From: a virus
IMG/VR virus record: IMGVR_UViG_3300045988_125650
Location: 1-37,451 of that record
Direction: 5' to 3' (one strand)
Length of the DNA stretch: 37,451 nt
Shown here: positions 33,345 to 37,451 of the stretch, piece by piece
Position numbering within the stretch: position 1 is the stretch's first letter
Layout of the letters: the number at the start of each line of letters is the position of its first letter
Notes under the pieces: model-generated
Databases searched by the model: none
Seen by the model: only the letters and a program-made list of their open reading frames with translations
What the model was told of the DNA's origin: nothing
Made by a program: the position numbers and the translations under genes

Positions 33345-34211
33345 ATGAATAAAATCACTAAACTTTTCAATAATCAAAGAATGCGAAGTTTCGATGAAAA
33401 AACAAGAACAGTGGAATTCATCATTAGCGACAACACCACAGATAGATATGGTGATATAGTCAATCAAGACTGGGACTTGAAGAATTACTGGAATAACCCA
33501 GTATTACTCTGGGGACACGACCCAAGCCAAATAGACAATGTTTTGGGTAAATGCTTGGAAATCAATACGCAAGAAGAAGATGATAGAATGCTCACTACCG
33601 CTAAATTCCAACTTGCAGAAGCAGGAACATCAAAGGGCGTAGATACGGTCTTCAAGCTTATTCAACAAGGTATTCTCAGAACAGTATCAGTGGGCTTTAT
33701 CTCACACGAAATAGCTCAAGCGGAAAATCAAAAAGGTGAAACTCAAAACATCTTAAAAGGAAATGAACTACTTGAAGTATCTGTTGTTCCTATTCCAGCT
33801 AACCCTAACGCTATAGCACTATCATATGAAGACGGCTCACTTAATGACAAAGACATTAAATTTATGGAAAAGTCTTTAGAAAATGCCTTAACTCTTGTTA
33901 AAAAATCAGTTTATGATAAAATTGAAATAAGTAAAAACTCTAAAACTCAAAGTCAAAAAAAGGAATTCCAAATGACAGATGAAGATGCTAAAAAGATTGT
34001 AGAAGCCCTTATGGCTGAACTCTCACCTATTCTATCTGAACTAAAACCAAAGGAAGATGATAAACCTGAGGAAGACAAAAAGCCGAAAGCTAAATCAAAG
34101 CAAAATGACGATGATGGTGCTTTCGACGAAAACGAAGAGCTAAACGAAGAGCAAGAAAAAGCCTTTCGTGAAGAGCTTGAAAAAGAATATCAAAAACAAC
34201 TCACAAAATAA
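33345..34211 (+). CDS. Prohead protease (HK97/S78 family) with C-terminal scaffold-like acidic coiled coil
   Basis: VLLWGHD motif. KE-rich C-terminal ~100 aa. Confidence 0.7.
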   Translation: MNKITKLFNNQRMRSFDEKTRTVEFIISDNTTDRYGDIVNQDWDLKNYWNNPVLLWGHDPSQIDNVLGKCLEINTQEEDDRMLTTAKFQLAEAGTSKGVDTVFKLIQQGILRTVSVGFISHEIAQAENQKGETQNILKGNELLEVSVVPIPANPNAIALSYEDGSLNDKDIKFMEKSLENALTLVKKSVYDKIEISKNSKTQSQKKEFQMTDEDAKKIVEALMAELSPILSELKPKEDDKPEEDKKPKAKSKQNDDDGAFDENEELNEEQEKAFREELEKEYQKQLTK

Positions 34212-34223
34212 TAAAGGACAAAT

Positions 34224-35297
34224 ATGAAGAAAACAAAAGCAGAAATTGTTAAAGAGTTCCTAAACGAAAAAGCAAAAGCAACTATTCCTGTAGAAATGAA
34301 CTCAACAGCAAAGCAAGAGAACAAAGAGCTTAACCAAAAATTCTTTAAAGCGTTGGCAACTGGCTCAAAAACTGAATTACGAGCATTGCAAGATGAAATC
34401 GCAAGTGGCTATTCTAAAGACACAGGCGACAAACAGCAAGTAGCAGTTAATGCAGATGGTGGAATGCTTGTTCCTGTAGATATCTCATTAGCTATTATCG
34501 ACAAGTTGAAATACCTTTCACCTATTCGACAATACGCACGAGTTATCAAAGTTGGTGCTAAAAGTAAATTCACAATCGCTGACAAGAAACCTACAGCAAA
34601 CTGGGTAAATGAAGCAGAAGCCCTAACAGCAAGCAAGGCTACATTCTCACAAAAAGATTTTGTATTAAACAAAGTCGGTGGACTTGGTAAATTCACATAC
34701 GAGGCATTGAATGATACAGCTTCAACTCCAGACCTACAGAATTATGTAGTATCACAATTCGCAGAAGCTATCGCAGAAGTTCAAAACAACGCCTTTGTAA
34801 ATGGTGATGGCTCAAAGAAACCTTACGGCTTCCGTTCAAGTGATATTACACCAAAAGAAGTAACCCAAACTGGAGCAAGCCTAAAATATCAAGATTTAGT
34901 AGGATTGAAATATGCCTTAGCTAAACCATACCGAGATACTGGAGTATTTATGGCTAACGGTGCAACTATCGCTAAATTAGTTGGAATGACAGACACAACA
35001 GGTCGCCCACTATTCGTGCCAGCAATGACAGAGAATGAACCAGATACTCTTCTTGGTCGCCCACTTATCGAAGTAAATGAAATCCCAGCTAACCTTGGAA
35101 CAGCCAAGAACGAGAGCGAGATTTGGTATGCCAACCTTAATGACTACATCATTGGGGACAACGAGGCAATCCGAATTGAATTCGGCACAACTGGTGATGA
35201 CTTTGAAACAGATAAAATCTCACTACGAGTTATCGCACGAACAGCAGGACGCCCAGTATCTAACGACGGCTTCGCAGTTCTAAAAAATGTAAAATAA
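34224..35297 (+). CDS. Major capsid protein (HK97 fold)
   Basis: 357 aa. Follows the protease/scaffold gene. Strong terminator downstream. Confidence 0.8.
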   Translation: MKKTKAEIVKEFLNEKAKATIPVEMNSTAKQENKELNQKFFKALATGSKTELRALQDEIASGYSKDTGDKQQVAVNADGGMLVPVDISLAIIDKLKYLSPIRQYARVIKVGAKSKFTIADKKPTANWVNEAEALTASKATFSQKDFVLNKVGGLGKFTYEALNDTASTPDLQNYVVSQFAEAIAEVQNNAFVNGDGSKKPYGFRSSDITPKEVTQTGASLKYQDLVGLKYALAKPYRDTGVFMANGATIAKLVGMTDTTGRPLFVPAMTENEPDTLLGRPLIEVNEIPANLGTAKNESEIWYANLNDYIIGDNEAIRIEFGTTGDDFETDKISLRVIARTAGRPVSNDGFAVLKNVK

Positions 35298-35321
35298 TCC
35301 ACTAACAGATTATTCAAATTA

Positions 35322-35346
35322 AGCCCTATTGACGGGGCTTTTTTTG
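35322..35346 (+). terminator. Intrinsic terminator after the capsid gene (AGCCC-TATTGAC-GGGGCT + T7)
   Basis: GC stem followed by TTTTTTT. Confidence 0.7.
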
Positions 35347-35544
35347 TGGCTTATAATTAGCACGGTGGGCAAAATGTTTTTGCAGTTCATTAAAAATTGT
35401 AGCACCTACACATCGTAAATTTTTCATAATCCCAATTATTAATGTTTCTTGAACCAACCTGTTTTTTATTTTATTATTAGTAAATCTTTTGATTATTTGA
35501 TATATAATATTACCAAAACAAAAATTCTTATAAAGCTCACCACC

Positions 35545-35569
35545 AGCCCCTGCATTAAAGGGGCTTTTA
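35545..35569 (+). terminator. Second intrinsic terminator (AGCCCC-TGCATTAAA-GGGGCT + TTTT)
   Basis: GC stem plus U-run, 47 nt before the connector gene start. Confidence 0.55.
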
Positions 35570-35616
35570 TGATACAATGAAATCAGAGAATAACTAAAAA
35601 ACTAAAAGGAAAATAA

Positions 35617-36150
35617 ATGAGTAAAATTATTACTATTGAAGAACTTGCACAAATTGAAAGCAACCCTAACTTGAAGAACGACCCTAAAGCTAACGCCTTT
35701 ATTGATATGGCTAACGACTGGGTAGAACACTACACAAACCAAATATTCGGTGAAATCAAAACTAAAACCAAGAAACTGGACTATTCACCGGCTATCTTCC
35801 TTGAACCAAACATTAAGGAAATCATCACTCTCACCATAGACAGACAAGAAGCCCCTTATCAACTAAACAATGACACCGGCAGGATTCGCCTACCTTTAAG
35901 ACAATCAGAATATAGTGAAGTTGAAATTCAATATCGTGTTGGAACTGAAACAATCCCAGCTGACCTAAAAATGGCAACCCTAAACCTTGCAAGAGAAATG
36001 ATGAACAAACCAGATAGCTTTATCGCAAGTGAAAACATTGGGGGTTATAGTATCTCATATAAAGACCCAGCCCAAAGCCAAATCGCGACTATCGCCACCC
36101 TTTCAAGTGATATGGCAATCTTTAACCATTACCGAACAAGGAAAATATAA
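35617..36150 (+). CDS. Head-tail connector (gp6-like adaptor)
   Basis: 177 aa. First gene after the capsid gene. Sequence style matches phage gp6-like head-tail connectors. Confidence 0.6.
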   Translation: MSKIITIEELAQIESNPNLKNDPKANAFIDMANDWVEHYTNQIFGEIKTKTKKLDYSPAIFLEPNIKEIITLTIDRQEAPYQLNNDTGRIRLPLRQSEYSEVEIQYRVGTETIPADLKMATLNLAREMMNKPDSFIASENIGGYSISYKDPAQSQIATIATLSSDMAIFNHYRTRKI

Positions 36151-36467
36151 TGAGAACTAACAGACTTATTCACAGAGCCACCATATACAGAAAGCAACAA
36201 ATCGAAGGTAAAGGAAAAACTTCAAGGTTCCAAACTATCTACGACGAAGTCCCTTGCTTAGTTGTTCCTACTAGTCCAAGAGATGCCCTTAATCGAAACC
36301 TTTCGGTGGGCAAGGAATACAGCGTTTTCTTTAATGATAATCAAGACCTTAAAAAAGGTGATAGAATTGAAGCACTCAACCTTAACCTTTCAGTGGCAGG
36401 CATAGCTGAATATAAACATATTCCCCGCATTGGCCATTTACAAGCCGTCTGTGAGACAATAGAATAA
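36150..36467 (+). CDS. Head closure / head-tail joining protein
   Basis: 105 aa. Coupled start (ATAATG). Conserved position. Confidence 0.55.
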   Translation: MRTNRLIHRATIYRKQQIEGKGKTSRFQTIYDEVPCLVVPTSPRDALNRNLSVGKEYSVFFNDNQDLKKGDRIEALNLNLSVAGIAEYKHIPRIGHLQAVCETIE

Positions 36468-36487
36468 GAAAGGTATAAATACTCAAA

Positions 36488-36934
36488 ATGAGAGTTAAAA
36501 TCGATGACACAGCCGTTAAACAGGCTCTGAGCGTAGCTCCCAAGGAAATGACTAAATCCCTTGAAACTATCATTCAGAGAACCGCCCTAAAAATCCAAAG
36601 AGAATTTACTAAAAACATCAATAAGGGACAGACTGGCTTCGCAAGGAACAACATCGCTATTGAAAAACCGAATAGGTTAGCTACTACAATTTACCCAAGG
36701 GCAAGATATGCGGACTTTCTGGAAACTGGAACTCGCCCTCACTGGACAAGTATTCAAAACATCGAGGGTTATGCAAGGTTTAGAGGCATAAACCCTTACG
36801 CCCTACAGCGCAGTATCGCACGCAAAGGAACAAAGGCTCATCCATTCCTTAATAAAACCTACCGCAAAGCTCGCACAGACTTTATCAACGACGTAAATAC
36901 TCAAGCCCAAAAAACTATAGATAGGAGCATTTAA
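36488..36934 (+). CDS. HK97 gp10-family tail component
   Basis: 148 aa. The ...KAHPFLNKTYRK region is typical of the gp10 family. Confidence 0.55.
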   Translation: MRVKIDDTAVKQALSVAPKEMTKSLETIIQRTALKIQREFTKNINKGQTGFARNNIAIEKPNRLATTIYPRARYADFLETGTRPHWTSIQNIEGYARFRGINPYALQRSIARKGTKAHPFLNKTYRKARTDFINDVNTQAQKTIDRSI

Positions 36935-37410
36935 TGGACAGAAATAGAACAATCACCAAACAAACTAAAAACTTAATCATAAACGCCCTTAAACAAATCC
37001 CACCATTGGAAGATGGCACTGAATTTAACTTTATCGCAGAAGACGGCGAAGACTTCTTTGAACAATACCCAGCAATTCGTGTTATTCCTAGTGGCATTAC
37101 AAGGGAGATAGACAGTGAACAAGGTCGCATAGACTATAAAATGGACTTCACCATTTCGGTGTATCTGGAATTAAACTCAAACACTCCAACAAAGGAACTC
37201 ATCGACACAATCACTGATATGACAGATAGCATTCTTTATCAACTGGACTATACAAATTGGCTACCAGAAACGCAAGGCAACAGATACGGCTTTGTCTTAG
37301 TGGAAAATTCAACCAGCTCAACTATTGATATAATCCAAACTAAAAGTGGAAGCGTGTTATACAATGATATGACTTATACAGTGTCATATCGAGAGCCACT
37401 CACACTGTAA
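36934..37410 (+). CDS. Tail terminator / tail completion protein (putative)
   Basis: 158 aa. Last gene before the major tail gene on the circular map. Its stop lies inside the terminal duplication. Confidence 0.45.
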   Translation: MDRNRTITKQTKNLIINALKQIPPLEDGTEFNFIAEDGEDFFEQYPAIRVIPSGITREIDSEQGRIDYKMDFTISVYLELNSNTPTKELIDTITDMTDSILYQLDYTNWLPETQGNRYGFVLVENSTSSTIDIIQTKSGSVLYNDMTYTVSYREPLTL

Positions 37411-37451
37411 AAAAACATACTCATATGGTAAAATTGTTATAATAACGAATA
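37397..37451. repeat. Second copy of the 55-bp terminal duplication (identical to 1-55)
   Basis: Exact match to the window start; it overlaps the stop codon of the last head-tail gene (stop at 37408-37410). Confidence 0.9.

Noticed and set aside
35326-35577. 83-aa minus-strand ORF between the capsid and connector genes
   Set aside because: It runs straight through two GC hairpin terminators (its AGAGG/GAGGEL stretches are hairpin-encoded) and has no RBS. More likely a non-coding region.
13340-36940. Shared 13-mer TAGATAGGAGCAT in the RBS regions at 13346 and 36920
   Set aside because: Short, confined to Shine-Dalgarno contexts, and only two copies. Probably convergent RBS sequence rather than a repeat element.
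1-37451. Searched for an integrase/repressor lysogeny module, tRNAs and CRISPR elements
   Set aside because: No tyrosine or serine recombinase motifs, cI-like repressor, cloverleaf-capable tRNA sequence or CRISPR repeats were recognisable by eye. Their absence cannot be proven without profile searches.

Overview
This window appears to be a complete, circularly closed genome (about 37.4 kb unique sequence) of a low-GC siphovirus infecting a Gram-positive host, probably a lactic-acid or related Firmicutes bacterium. Positions 37397-37451 repeat 1-55 exactly. All genes except one are on the + strand. No integrase or repressor was recognised, so the phage is probably virulent. The gene order, starting at the window origin, is: tail module (major tail protein, G/GT chaperones with a -1 frameshift, tape measure, tail-tip proteins); lysis (XhlA-like protein and a multidomain Amidase_2 endolysin with a C-terminal membrane region); an early/replication region (four near-identical sigma70-type promoters, VRR-NUC nuclease, replisome organiser with an internal iteron origin, ERF annealing protein and PD-(D/E)xK nuclease, MazG, MoxR-like AAA+ ATPase, many small ORFs); a tightly coupled operon just upstream of terS/terL that encodes a pyruvoyl-dependent arginine-decarboxylase-like protein, an IbrA/DndC-like PP-loop ATPase (PAPS-reductase fold with a DUF3440-like extension) and three ParB/Srx-fold (IbrB/DndB-like) paralogs; packaging (TerS, TerL); and the head module (portal fused to a MuF-like domain, prohead protease, HK97-like capsid, connectors). 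Two things stand out. First, the IbrA/IbrB-like plus PvlArgDC module is a candidate nucleic-acid hypermodification system that may use agmatine. Second, a roughly 100-bp composite repeat occurs seven times, at gene or domain junctions, with several copies translated in frame. All similarity calls are from memory of family motifs; no database search was run.
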